Below are positions 12,961-25,010 of a DNA stretch of 64,000 nucleotides, piece by piece. The notes below the pieces were generated by a model. That model was not told the DNA's origin, searched no databases, and saw nothing but the letters and a program-made list of their open reading frames with translations. How positions within the stretch are numbered: the first letter of the stretch is position 1; each line of letters begins with the position of its first letter. A program made the translations under genes and the position numbers. The stretch lies in the NCBI GenBank assembly GCA_013239625.1, contig MU056737.1, positions 2,435,846 to 2,499,845 on the forward strand. Reading direction: 5' to 3'. Origin of the DNA: Lama guanicoe (lineage: Eukaryota).

Positions 12961-13254
12961 TCTTGGCCCCTCCAGAAACGTGCGGGAGAAATCCTGTAGG
13001 GAGCCACTGGGCGGATGGTGCGTTTCGGATTTCGCCACTTCAGTGGCGCCTGGGGGAGGCTCCCCGTCGTCCTGGGAACTGTCGCCATTTCCCCAGCCTG
13101 CTCGGGCTTTGCTGTTCCTCATTCCCCGTGGAGGTGCTTTCTTGTCGCTTCTGTCCCGTGTGGACTCCACAGTGTGCAGGCACAGAAGCTCATCCGTGAC
13201 CCCTCAGTCGGGGGTTCAGAGTGTCCTGCCCCGGCTTCCTTTCCCGCAGTTTCT

Positions 13255-13895
13255 TTCTTTTCTTTTTTTAATTGAAGTACAGTCAGTTACAGTGTGTCGA
13301 TTTCTGGTGCACAGCACCATGTCCCAGCCATGCATGTACATACGTATATTCTTTTTCATTAAAGGTTATAACAAGATATTGAACATAGTTCCCTGTGCTG
13401 TACAGAAGAAATTTGTTTATCTGTTTTTATATACAGTAGCTAACATTTGCAAATCTCAAACTCCCAAATGTATCCCTTCCCATCCGCTTGCCCCCAGTAA
13501 CCATGATTGTTCACTATGTCCGCAAGTCTGTTTCTGTTTTTTAGAATGAGTGCATTAGTGTCCTCATTTTCCTTTCCTTTTCTTTTTTGAATCTACATAT
13601 GAGTGGTGTCATATCTTATTTTTCTTTTTCTTTCTGGCTGANNNNNNNNNNNNNNNNNNNNNNNNNNNNNNNNNNNNNNNNNNNNNNNNNNNNNNNNNNN
13701 NNNNNNNNNNNNNNNNNNNNNNNNNNNNNNNNNNNNNNNNNNNNNNNNNNNNNNNNNNNNNNNNNNNNNNNNNNNNNNNNNNNNNNNNNNNNNNNNNNNN
13801 NNNGAACATCGGGGTGCATGTATCTTTTCAAATTAGAGTTCCCTCTGGATATGTGCCCAGGAGCGGGTTTGCTGGCCATGTGGTGAGTCCATTTT
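13255..13895 (-). mobile_element. Young L1 3' end, with a gap at 13642-13803
   Basis: A T-rich tail is followed by 'aattgaagtacagtcagttaca...aacatagttccctgtgctgtaca...ggatatgtgcccaggagcggg'. Confidence 0.9.
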
Positions 13896-16800
13896 CATGC
13901 TGTTTCTGACTGCTGAAGGAGGAGGATGCTCTGGTCCTCTGGTCGCCATAATAAGTCCTACCCCCTGCCCCTCTGTACGTCATTTCTTTGTGTGCAAAGT
14001 ACCTTCTCAACATCATGAGAAACTTCTTTAAGCTGAAACAGTCGTACTCTTTGATGGGGATAGAAGTACTCTGACCAGGAGCAGGCAGGACCCCTTTCCA
14101 CTGTCTGCCGCCAGGCAGACCTTCGCAGCTGAAGGCACCCCCCACCGGCTTTCCTGCGCGTTGGAAAGCGCGCTGCACTTGAGAATCAGGATTCCAGTCA
14201 TTTCCTACTTAACAGCCGCTGTGAGTTTCCTAAGGGTGGAATTATTTGCATGTAGAGCCTACCTCCTCCCCAGATAGGGGCTCAGATGGCCAGGATGAAG
14301 GAAGGACCACTTGACACCTTCATACGCTGGGTGGAGACCAAACAAAGGACTTTTCTAGCATCTCAAAGCCACTCTGCGTGTGTTCTGCTCACTCATTTCT
14401 AACTGGAACCCCCCCGTGTCCCGCGGGACCCCGAGTGGCATTAGAGCTGAGGTGCTTTGTCATGAATCACATCACTTGCAGCATTGAGTTCACACTCAGG
14501 TTTACAGAAAGTCACTGTTAAGGCTTGGAATGCACCACTGTGCCTCGTGGTCATTTTTTAAAATGCAAAACAGCGCGTATCTCGGGACTACATTAAAGCA
14601 GCGGCGTGTTCCGTGTTGACTCTGGAGTTTCCAGTAACTGAAAATCCAGGCATGTCAGTGAACTTTCACCTGCAGTAAAATGTTTTCCATTCCTTCCCCT
14701 TCCCTGGAGCTCTTCTCTTGAGATTGATACAAAAGAGATAAAGCAAGAAGCACCCTTCACTCAAGCAAAGCCACGTAAGGCACAATGCGCATCATTTATA
14801 CACTCAGGAACCCTTGCAGCATGACCTTTGGTCAATTTGTTGCCTTTGACCAAACCCAGTGGATTTGAATGATTGCTCCAGTTCAAGTTATAGCAAACAG
14901 AAGCCTTACTTTGTGAGGTTAACATTATCCTTCCAGACTTAACTTGGGTTGAGGACACATTCACGGAGACTGTAAACTCTTGATCTGGGGTTTTCAAAAT
15001 CTGCATGGTTGTGTATTAAATGAAAAAGATCCGAAAGATAGTTCTAGCCTTGGATAAAACTGTTTGTTTAAAGAGTGAAGTTTTAGGCAGAAATTAGTTT
15101 TCGGAACATTAAAAGATTCCAGTGATAATATTTGCAAATCCTTTCATTTGCATGAAAAATTAGCAACTAAATCTGGCCATTAAAAGCATAATCTTTATTT
15201 GACCAAAGCATGATAGACAAATGGAATAAACTGTAATTTATCTTGGCTGACAGCTAATTACCTGGAAGTCTGATTAAAGAGAAAACTAAATTGACTTAAT
15301 TAGTGTTTTGGTGTTTAGTCTGTATACATATAAATATGCCCAGCTCCTCTTCCACAGGAGCATTGCTAGAAATAAATTACCATTTGTATTCTGTCCCATT
15401 CAAATGCTGCCAAACCGAGAACAACACAGGAAGAGTGGGTGTTTTATGACAATGGTGACAGGTGTTCGTAGACTAGGAGCCTAACAGGGGAATGACTGCC
15501 TGTTAGCAGGAGAAAGGGTGCTGACGACGAAGTCGTTTCTTTCTGTTCTCAGTGGCTTGTCCTTCAGTTGTCAGCCGGAGGACGGCCAGTTCGTGGGGGA
15601 GCCACCGCAGCCAATAAATCCTAGTCCAGGGTGGAGATGGCTGCATATGGCGCAGCCCCTGCAGTAGACGGGCTCCCTCAGCCTCTGAGGTTCCTTTGGG
15701 ACCCTCAGAATCACGTGCTCATTGTTAGGCATGTATTTGGGGGTGTTGCCTTTTTGGGGTTTGAGGAACCGTGCGGTAAGTACAGCCAGAGACAGAGAAA
15801 GTGTGTCTCAGTTCTCACCCATGTGTTCCGATGCCACCAAGTTCCCCCGCCAGGTGCAATTCAGACAGGAGGCATAAGTAACAGACTGAAGGCAGTCATG
15901 AGACCGTCTTCCTCTGTGAGCTGCTGGAAGTGAAAGGAGTTGGTAGTAATTTTTGAAAGCAATCAGTAAGCCATGCAATGCTCTTCATGAACCAGAGAGG
16001 TTTTCCTTATTTAAAGGGAAGACCTACCAATAGTTCAGTTATAGGCATATAAATCACTGTGCCAAAAGGTTATTCTAAAAAAGCATTGCGGGTTTTAATC
16101 AAAAGCCCTAAAGAAATGAAGGTCTTAATTAAATCGGAAAACTCTGCTTCCCAGGCCTCCGGTTGCTAATGCTGTTTTTCGTCCTCGCTGAACATCCTCT
16201 ACGATTACCGTGGACTCTGAGTGGTGAGCCGGCCGGTTAGGGAAAGGGTAGCATCACTGAAACAAACCCAAAGAAAATGAGAACTCACTTTTGACTCCTG
16301 GCCCCTAGAAGATGAAAGAGCCTCCACTTCCCAAAGACCTGGGCGCCACCATCCCCTCCTTTCGTTACCCTCGGCCTTCTCCTTTGCAGAATCCTCTGGC
16401 ATAATTGGATGTGCAACCAAATAACTACTTCTGACAATGTTTCTAAAAATTGCCAAGTGGAGCTTTGAAAAGAAAAAAATGCTCTGACTGGTCTGCTGGA
16501 GACTGCGATGGCGGCTCCTGGAGGCACGCCCTCTGCCCGCTGCTCCGCTGTCTCCCTCTGCTCTCTGGCAGTTGACACGGTCACCCTCTGGAACCCTCTG
16601 TCTTGATTATTTCACCATGGACTGCAGAGCCCTAAGGTCACTCAGAGGAAAGGAGCTGCTTTAAAGTTCGCAAATGCAACTTACGATGCCACGGGCAGCA
16701 CAGGTTACCTGGTCTCTGCCAGATCGTTCCAGGGTTTTAGGAAAACGTCATTGTCCAGCGGATGTTAGGGATGGTGGTGAGAGTGTTAGTGGTTTCGATC

Positions 16801-16962
16801 AGGTATTCAGTACAAGGGGAGCTACCTCATGGATGCCATTCTCTAAGTCAGCAGGGGATGGGAGAACCGAGGGGCTAAGAGAAGTTGGTGGAAGTATCTG
16901 GAAACCTGCTGTGAAACCCAGGCCACAGGGGAGGAGATGACTTGTGGTTTCTATGTGTGTAA

Positions 16963-17403
16963 CTTTTTTTTTAACTGAAGTACAGTCAGTTACAGCGTGT
17001 TGATTTCTGATGCACAGCACATCTCAGCCATGTATATACATACATATATTCATTTCATATTCTTTTTCATTCAAGGTTATTACAAGATACTGAACATAGT
17101 TCCCTGTGCTGTACAGATGTTTATTTTTTGTCTATTTGTATATACAGTGGTTAACATTTTCAAATCTCAAACTCCCAAATTTTCCCTTCCCATCCCCTTT
17201 CACCCGGTAACCATAAGATTGTTTACTGTGTCTGAGTCTGTTTGTTTTGTAGATGAGTNNNNNNNNNNNNNNNNNNNNNNNNNNNNNNNNNNNNNNNNNN
17301 NNNNNNNNNNNNNNNNNNNNNNNNNNNNNNNNNNNNNNNNNNNNNNNNNNNNNNNNNNNNNNNNNNNNNNNNNNNNNNNNNNNNNNNNNNNNNNNNNNNN
17401 NNN
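16963..17403 (-). mobile_element. Young L1 3' end running into the gap at 17259-17403
   Basis: Nearly colinear with the copy at 13255 ('ttaactgaagtacagtcagttacag...caaatctcaaactcccaaa'). Confidence 0.9.
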
Positions 17404-18477
17404 ATGTCAGGTAAAAAGAGGCTGAAGTTTTCAGGTAAACCCGCGAACTGTTGATTCATGGATGCCCTTGTCTCAGCAGGGCTCCGTATCCTCAGCTGTG
17501 AGTCGTCAGTGCCGTGGTAAAAATGGAATCATGTTTACTGATTGTCTCCAGGAGACTGTCATGAAAGATACGGTTTGTAGGAAATGATAAACTTCTCATA
17601 AGATGTCCAGCATGTGTGACAGCAGCTGTGTTGGGGACAGTCACGGCGCCCGTTCGTGGAAGTGGTACCTTCTGTGGCTTTACCGCTTCAGAGGCCTCTG
17701 CAGAGTTTCCTTCCTCTCTCAGTGCAAGTGCTGGAAAGACATGTGTATTAGGAAAGGTCAGAATTACCATTTCAGCCATTTATTCTGAAGCAGAGTAGAG
17801 CGAAATGTTTGAAGGCTGCTTTATGGGTTTTTCACAGCCCTTTGAGTCAGGGAGCTGGCGAGAGCTGCACTGGTTCCTCTTGCCACGCAGGTGTTGAGTA
17901 CTTGCCGTAAGTAAGATGCTGTTGCAAGGATGCCGGGGTCAGCAGGACATCGCCTCTGCCGTTGGCAGGTGTACAGGCAGACCTGCAGGGCGAGTGGTGG
18001 GTAAAACGCGAAGCAGACAGACAAACCCTGTGACACAGCTGACCAGCAGGGCTGCAGGGTACAGGCGAGACCCCCAGCCCGGGACTTCCCACAGAGAGCG
18101 TGGAGCAGGCTTCCCCAAGTAGGAGTGGCAGGGGTCCCTGCTCTGCAGTCCAAGGGGCCAGGCCTGAGCAGGTGCAGCCCGGCAGAGAGCAGGCTTCGAC
18201 CTTACACCCTCTTCCTGGACCTGCGTCTCCACGCCTCCTCCCACCCCAGGGCCCTCCCTGGGGAAGTCTGCTCCAGGGGCCGGCCCTGCCTTTAGAAGGG
18301 GCTACTGAAGTTATTAGCAGGTCTTCTCAAGAAGAATTGGGGCTCACTGGCAGACCCCTCTTCTTGGGGGGGCGTCACCTCCAGTTCAGTGCCTTGGAGA
18401 AGCACCCTGTTTATTAGCACCTGGGGGTGAATTTTCATCCACAGACCCCGGCCAATAGCAGGAAACCAGAGGCTCAT

Positions 18478-18750
18478 TATAATTTGTAACAATTATTAAT
18501 ATCAATATAGTTTATATAATATTAAGCAATACATTTTATATAATAATTCATATATTACTGTATTGCATTATATAATTATATATTTATTAATACATTGTAT
18601 TATATAAATTATACATTCATTAATGTAATTATATTATTATATTTATTATTTAATTATATTATAAACACAATATAAATGGTATATTTATCCATATAATTTA
18701 TATAATAATATATGATACTATGAGTTGATAATAATATTAATAACAGAATT
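18478..18750. repeat. Extremely AT-rich low-complexity tract (degenerate TA/TAT repeat)
   Basis: About 270 bp of nearly pure A/T, e.g. 'tatataattatatatttattaatacattgtattatataaattatac'. Confidence 0.9.
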
Positions 18751-18769
18751 GATCATAACCAGCCTGCCC

Positions 18770-19520
18770 CACCCTGTCCAGGCCAGTCCCGTCCCGCACC
18801 CAGGACAGTGGCAGCGTGCGGGCAGGCGAGCCCTGGGCCTGTGCTGTCCGCGCTCAGCCGGCCTGTGAGGCGACCGCGTTATCTGGGCCGCCGCAAGGCT
18901 GGGAGAGCTCAGTAAGGAGGCCGCTTTCGCCCCCACGGGTGCTGAAGTGGCAGCGTTGGGGTTGGAACCCACTGGGGCTGCAGCGCCTGCTGTAGCCCCT
19001 GGCGCACCGTCTTTGCTCAAGCTGAGCACGGCTGTCCGAGCAGGGAGGGTGCCGGGAGCCTGGCAGGGTGCCCCGGTCCCCAGAGGCCTGGGCCACACCT
19101 GCTGGCGAGGCGGGCGGTGATGCCTCGGCGCATGCGCACCCGCCGACCACCTGCTTCCCGCTCCTCCCCCCCCCCCCCCCCCGCGGATCCCGCAGGGCTG
19201 CTCTGGGGGCCTGACCGTGTCCGACCGCAGGAGGAGGAAAAATAAGCATTTATAGAGCAGCTGCTGCGAGCTGCCTTCATTTGGCCTTAAAAATGTGGAC
19301 GTTTATGGGCTGATGTAGGGGGTTAACTATCGGCAGTGCTTTTGTTTGTGTTTCAAGAACCAGAGGACTGAACAGCCTCCTTCTGTCTCCATGAGAATTT
19401 CCTCTTCAAAATTAGAAACTGCAAGCATGCGTCAGCGGCACGAGGCCCGGAAGACGCGCTCAGACTTGTGCCCCCAGCCCTGGTCCCCGGACCAGGAGCA
19501 GCAAGCCCGGCTAGGCCTCG
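18770..19520. promoter_or_regulatory. Secondary CpG-rich island with an NRF1 motif and a C17 run
   Basis: High CpG density, GCGCATGCGCA at 19128-19138, a GC-box-like 'gggcgg' near 19112, and poly-C at 19166-19182. Confidence 0.55.
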
Positions 19521-19638
19521 GAACTTCAGGCTTGGGAGCCTCCGCTCCTCCCCCACGCCCACCTAGTGAGTCAGAATCTGCATCTCACAGGGTCCCACAC
19601 ATTAGGTTTGGAGACACATTAAGTCTGAGGAGCACTGT
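19490..19638. mobile_element. MER5A-like hAT-Charlie DNA transposon relic
   Basis: 'tgagtcagaatctgcatctcacagggtccc...attaagtctgaggagcactg' resembles the MER5A terminus. Confidence 0.55.
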
Positions 19639-20444
19639 TTAAAGAAAACAGGAGCGGATTTGCCTAATAGTCTATTTGGTGGAACTTTTAGTATAATTTC
19701 TTTCTGGGTGAATGGTGTTTATATTCTTGTAACAAGAGTTTGGACTAGACTTATTCTGAATTTTTAAATTGCTGTAGAAAGGAAGATACACCTGCATTCG
19801 GGTGGGTGTACCAGTGTTTCAGGAGCAGGGCAATGCCGCTCTGGGAAACGGAAGGGCATTTTGAGGCTGTGTACAGGCTGAGTTCAGCTCCCACATCAGG
19901 GAGGCGGCAGCCAGGTCTCCTAGTCTGATTCAGGAATTCCTCGTGACAATTGAGTGATGGAGGAATTTTAGATTTTTCCTGTGTGTTTCTTCTGGCAGGT
20001 GGACAGGCCTTTTGATGAACCCTAGATCTGATTACAAGGTCTTTAATGTAAAAGACAAAACCGTCCCAGACATCTAACCTATTAGAATTGAGCTCTAGTC
20101 AAATAAGAGATGATTCTCTCCTGCAGCAAATTCAGTGCACCTGCGACCGGAAGACATCTCTGACATTCACACTGATTTAGGGGCAGGAAGCCTGCAATTA
20201 AAATTAAGCTGGAGGACTGCTGGCTTTACATGAAAATGACAGGCAAATCCCTGTGGTTCATGGAACAAACGTAATGCAGTCCCGTCGCAAGGCCCTTCCA
20301 AAGGAAAAACTCTCTGGAAAATAAATTCCATTGCCAGGTTTTCTTCCCCGTTCTGTTATGCCCATTGGTGTCCACGGGGAACTTCCACCAAAGTCCATGA
20401 CGATGGGGGTTATTTTACTCATCATATATTTGTTAAGTCTTACC

Positions 20445-20490
20445 AGAAACTGACATATTGTAAACTGACTATACGTCAATTAAAAAAAAA
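20445..20490 (+). mobile_element. Very short L1 3' terminus with A tail
   Basis: 'aaactgacatattgtaaactgactatacgtcaattaaaaaaaaa' is the reverse complement of the T-tail ends of the young L1 copies. Confidence 0.7.
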
Positions 20491-20799
20491 TGTCTTAGGC
20501 ATGTGTCCAGCACTGTGGGAGGCAGAGGGCATTAGAAGCAGGAAGTGAGTCACCGTCATGCGTCTCTGTTCACCAGCCCTGGCTCAGTGAGGTCAACAGA
20601 GCAGGAGCAACTCCCCTGGACCAAGTTCCCGCCTGTCGAAGTTTCATCCCCTCCGTATGCTGCAGGCAGCGCCCCAGCCATCTTCCGCATCCAGTCTCTC
20701 TGAACGTCCACTTTTCCATCAAAACCTCTTCCCTGGTTGCTCTTCCCATTTCATTTCCGCAGTTCCCAGTCTAATAACCATTGTAACAGCTGACACTTC

Positions 20800-21030
20800 T
20801 TGACGATGTCATGGGACAGGTGCTGTAGGTGTTTCATGTGTATTTTGCCGTTTAATCCCACAGCCCTGGGATGTTTAATCCGCAGTGCAGTCCTCGCTCC
20901 CATCCAGACGCTCCTCATCCTGGGCCACTGCAACGGCTTGAGAACTTCCCCTCCTAGTCTCAAGGTGCCCCGTCCAGTGCACCCTGCAGACCGCCTCTCT
21001 GGGAGTATCCCTAAGTCATGATTTCACTGG
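20800..21030 (-). mobile_element. L2 fragment
   Basis: 'ctcatcctgggccactgcaacggcttgagaacttcccctcctagtctc' resembles the L2 3' region. Confidence 0.45.
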
Positions 21031-21049
21031 TGTCTCCTCTTCTCCCAAA

Positions 21050-23230
21050 GACAAACGCCATTCTGACTTCTTTCACGATCCATGTGTTTTGCTTGCTTTT
21101 GATGTTTCTATGAACGAGACTGTGCAGTACATATTCTTTTGTGTCAGATTTAATTTGCTCATAATCATGGCCGAGAGGATCCTCTGGCGCATGGCAGAAG
21201 GCCCCTCTTGCATTTCTGTGAAGCATCCCATTGTATGAACACAGCACCATCTCTTCTTCTGTGGATGGGAACTCGTGTTGTTCCCCGACTTGGTGCTTTT
21301 GCCGGTGCTGACAATGTCATTGTGTTTTCAGTGCATAAATGAAATCGAGGATTGTAAGCTGTGGATATGATCCTGCCAGAGCTGTCCAAAGTGGACGTTC
21401 TATCTTATACTCCCATCAGCAGCGTAGAGACCACCTTCTCTCCTCACCAGCTCTCAGAGTGGCTCAGGTTGTGGTTGTGGCGGTGACTGTTTTTGACATG
21501 TTGGTGAGTGTGTAATGGGATCTCATTGCCCTTTTAATCTCCATTTCTCTGATGGCTAATGAGCTGGAGCACCTGTTCAGGTGCTTATTGTCCATTTTGG
21601 ATAGCTTTCCTCTAGTGCCTATTCAAGATTTTTGTCTTTTTTTTTAATTACATTGGGTTGCCTGACTCCCCCCCCCACTTGTTGATCTGTAAAAGCTTTT
21701 TATATATTCTGGATATGACACCATATTATAGATATCTTCTCTCTATTCATAGCTTGCCTTCTCACACAGTGGCTTTGACAGTAGTGCCTTCTGAAGAATG
21801 CGATTTTAAATTTTTGGTGAAGCCTAATATGTTCACTTCTGCTTTTTGTTTCCCCCTTTTTAAAAATCATGTAACGAAATGTTTGCCCTGTTCAAGGACG
21901 TGAAATGTTTTCCTGTGTTACTGTCTGGAAGCTTTATTATTTTATCTTCAGCGTTTAAGTCTTATGATTGATCCAGGATGGGTTTTTTGAATATGGTGTG
22001 AGGTAGGGATCATAATTCATTATTTCCATATGGGTATTGAATTACTTCATCATGATGTTTTAAAAACATCATCNNNNNNNNNNNNNNNNNNNNNNNNNNN
22101 NNNNNNNNNNNNNNNNNNNNNNNNNNNNNNNNNNNNNNNNNNNNNNNNNNNNNNNNNNNNNNNNNNNNNNNNNNNNNNNNNNNNNNNNNNNNNNNNNNNN
22201 NNNNNNNNNNNNNNNNNNNNNNNNNNNCATTTGCAGCAACATGGATGCTCCTAGAGAATGTCATTCTAAGTGAAGTAAGCCAGAAAGAGAAAGAAAAATA
22301 CCATATGAGATCGCTCATATGTGGAATCTAAAGACTCATGGACAGAGAATACAGACTTGTGGTTACCAGGGGGGTAGAGGGTGGGAAGGGATAGACTGGG
22401 ATTTCAAAATTGTAGAATAGATAAACAAGATTACACTGTATAGCACGGGGAAATATACACAAAATGTTATGATAAATCACAGAGAAAAAAATGTGACAAT
22501 GAGTGTGTATATGTCCATGAATGACTGAAAAATTGTGCTGAACACTGGAATTTGACACAACATTGTAAAATGATTATAAATCAATAAAAAATGTTAAAAA
22601 AAATCATCCTTTCTCCACAGTAGAGCTGTGTCACCTTTATTAAAAAGTAGATGACATGTGGATCTATTCCTGGATGGCTTATGTTCCACTGGTTTATTTA
22701 TCCTTACATTGAAATCACATTGTTTAAATTCCTGTACCTTTAAGTAAGTCTTGTTAACTGGTGGTTTAAGTGCTTCAGATATCAAGATCGTCTTTACAAT
22801 TCTCTACCTTGTACATTTTCATAAAACTTTCATAATCAGCTTGTCAAATTACACACATGGACATATGCGCATGGGCACACACACAGCACCTGGGATTTTT
22901 GATTGAGATTGCTTTCTGTCTCCAGAAGATGAAATTGATGAGAATTTATGTATTTACAATATGAAATTTTCCAATCCATGAATGTGGTATACCCCTCCAT
23001 TTATTTAGATCTCAAATTTCTCTTAATAACATCCTAAAGTTTTCTGTGTAGAGATCTTGCACATTTTTATGAGAATGATCCCTAAGTATTTGGGGGTTGT
23101 TGATGCTAATATAAATCCTTTTATTTCCTTATTCTTTTCTATTTTTTCTGTTTCATTTCTATTCTGCTCACTGCTTATAAGTCTATCTTAGTAAAATGGA
23201 AATACAGTTAAGTCTGATATTATATTGACC
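21050..23230 (-). mobile_element. Old L1M element split by a younger antisense L1 insertion (22074-22603)
   Basis: 'catttctctgatggctaatgagctggagcacctgttcaggtgcttatt' and 'tttgaatatggtgtgaggtagggatc' lie before the insertion. The element resumes after 22605 with 'tcacctttattaaaaagtagatgac...ttttgattgagattgc...ccaatccatgaatgtggtata'. Confidence 0.8.
22228..22603 (+). mobile_element. Young L1 3' end; its 5' part lies in the gap at 22074-22227
   Basis: The ORF2 end 'catttgcagcaacatggatg...ctaagtgaagtaagccagaaagagaaagaaaaataccatatgagatcgctc' is followed by 3'UTR, AATAAA and an A tail. Confidence 0.92.
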
Positions 23231-25010
23231 CTGCACTTCTTGGTCCTAATTTAAAACAATGTTTTGCTTTATATGGTTTTGTAATTTTACTTTTCACTGG
23301 GGTAAGAGAACTCTTTGGATTTTTTTAGTCCTTATTCTCACAGTGCTTAGCTGAATATTGAGCAAATAAATGCTTCACTCCTTGTTGACTTGTCAATTGA
23401 TGATTTGTGAAGGAACTTTGGTATTTTCTTGTTACTCTAAGAGTGATAACTCATTGGACCAGGTCTTCAATGGTCAGACTATTGTGGCTAAATCTAAGAA
23501 GTTAAATGTAACTAAATTCCACAGGCATTTCAGTCATCTTGTAAATTACAATTTTTAAAACAAATCACCTCCTCGAAAGTTCAGATGTGCACATGCTCCT
23601 GCAGGTGCGGTTGTACTGTATCTCGTCTCACTAAAGGTCATTTTGGTTGAATTAATGTAAAATTGAGAGTGCATAAAATAAAGAATAAAATAATGAAAAA
23701 TATAAAGAATACAAAATTGCAAGATGATTAACAAATTTTGTTGAAATTTGATGCTACTACATAAGCAATGCAAATTTCATGAAACAAGTTTACCATCTAG
23801 ACAGTATTACCTTGTATTTGAAGAGTTAAAAAGGAAAAGCTTATTGGACAAAAGTTTCATTCAAAACTATCATTTAATGGAAAAGTCATTGTTAAAATGA
23901 AAGAATTCTAAATACTGCATTTTACCATCCTCATGATATGTTTTAAATGAACAATGAACAATGAACATCTGACCTTAGTATGTGAAGCAAGAGATTCAAG
24001 TAAAAAGAAATTCATCTAAAATGAAACTTAAAAAGCCACACAATTTTCTCTGATCGTATACCAAACAAGCACAGTGCCTCTTTCATTAATGCATTATCTT
24101 TAGCAAATAGTCAGGTTTGTCGGAATTGAAATAAGATTCATTTAATCAGCTCTCGCAGCTCATCTGTTAAATTACAGCACTTTGCTCTCCATTTGTAAAA
24201 TAATCTTCAGACTAATGAAGTAAGGTCAATTGCATACAGTTTTATTCTAGCCAAATTGCTATTAATTGCATCAAAGGCTTCCATAAGGTCAGTAAATGTT
24301 GCCTTTTTATATCCTCTCTTGAAAATGGCAGAAAATCAACTCCTTTTCTCTGTGATGCATTCAGGCTTTGGGGGAGCTCACGGCAGGTGGACTCTTACCT
24401 GATCAGGACTCTCAGTACCTGACTGAAAAGTGTTCCATTTCCATTTGGAGTTACCAGAGCAGCTTTAGAAAGGACACTTTCGTCACAAGTTCTCCGTGTT
24501 ATTTTGTAATGGCAGTGGTGCCTCTCAAATAGACAGGCTTCTCTTGAACACCTTAATACAGATTATGGACTTTGACTTCTTTTAATGAGTTAATCTGGAC
24601 CATGGCACCCCTTTTCGCTTAACTTCCCTTGCAACAAACAGTAAATGTTGGCAACTACTCCACCGCCTTCACAGTGTGCGGTGTGCAAGCTGGCTAGCTC
24701 AGTGAGCCCGGCAGCCTGAGTCACGTGATCAAAGGAAAGGGACCTGGACCCCACGGGGGAGCAGGGTTCCCCTGGTCTCATTGGTTCTGAAGACCTGCTG
24801 TAAAGTGCTTAGGGACTTGAATAAAACTTTAGTAAGGGTTAGCCCTCAAAGTGTGTATTTTTCTAGCTGGCTCATTGGTAAATCAGCACTGGGTGGGTAT
24901 TGGTGTGTCTGAAACAGTGGAGACATGTGATGTGAGGCACATGGCAGGGAAAGTCAGAAAACGACAAGGATGGCAAGTCAAAGATGCAGTGGAAGGGGGC
25001 TCAATAGTGG

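Noticed and set aside
24392-24405. Minus-strand donor CAG|GTAAGA
   Set aside because: An isolated donor with no convincing partner acceptor or reading frame.
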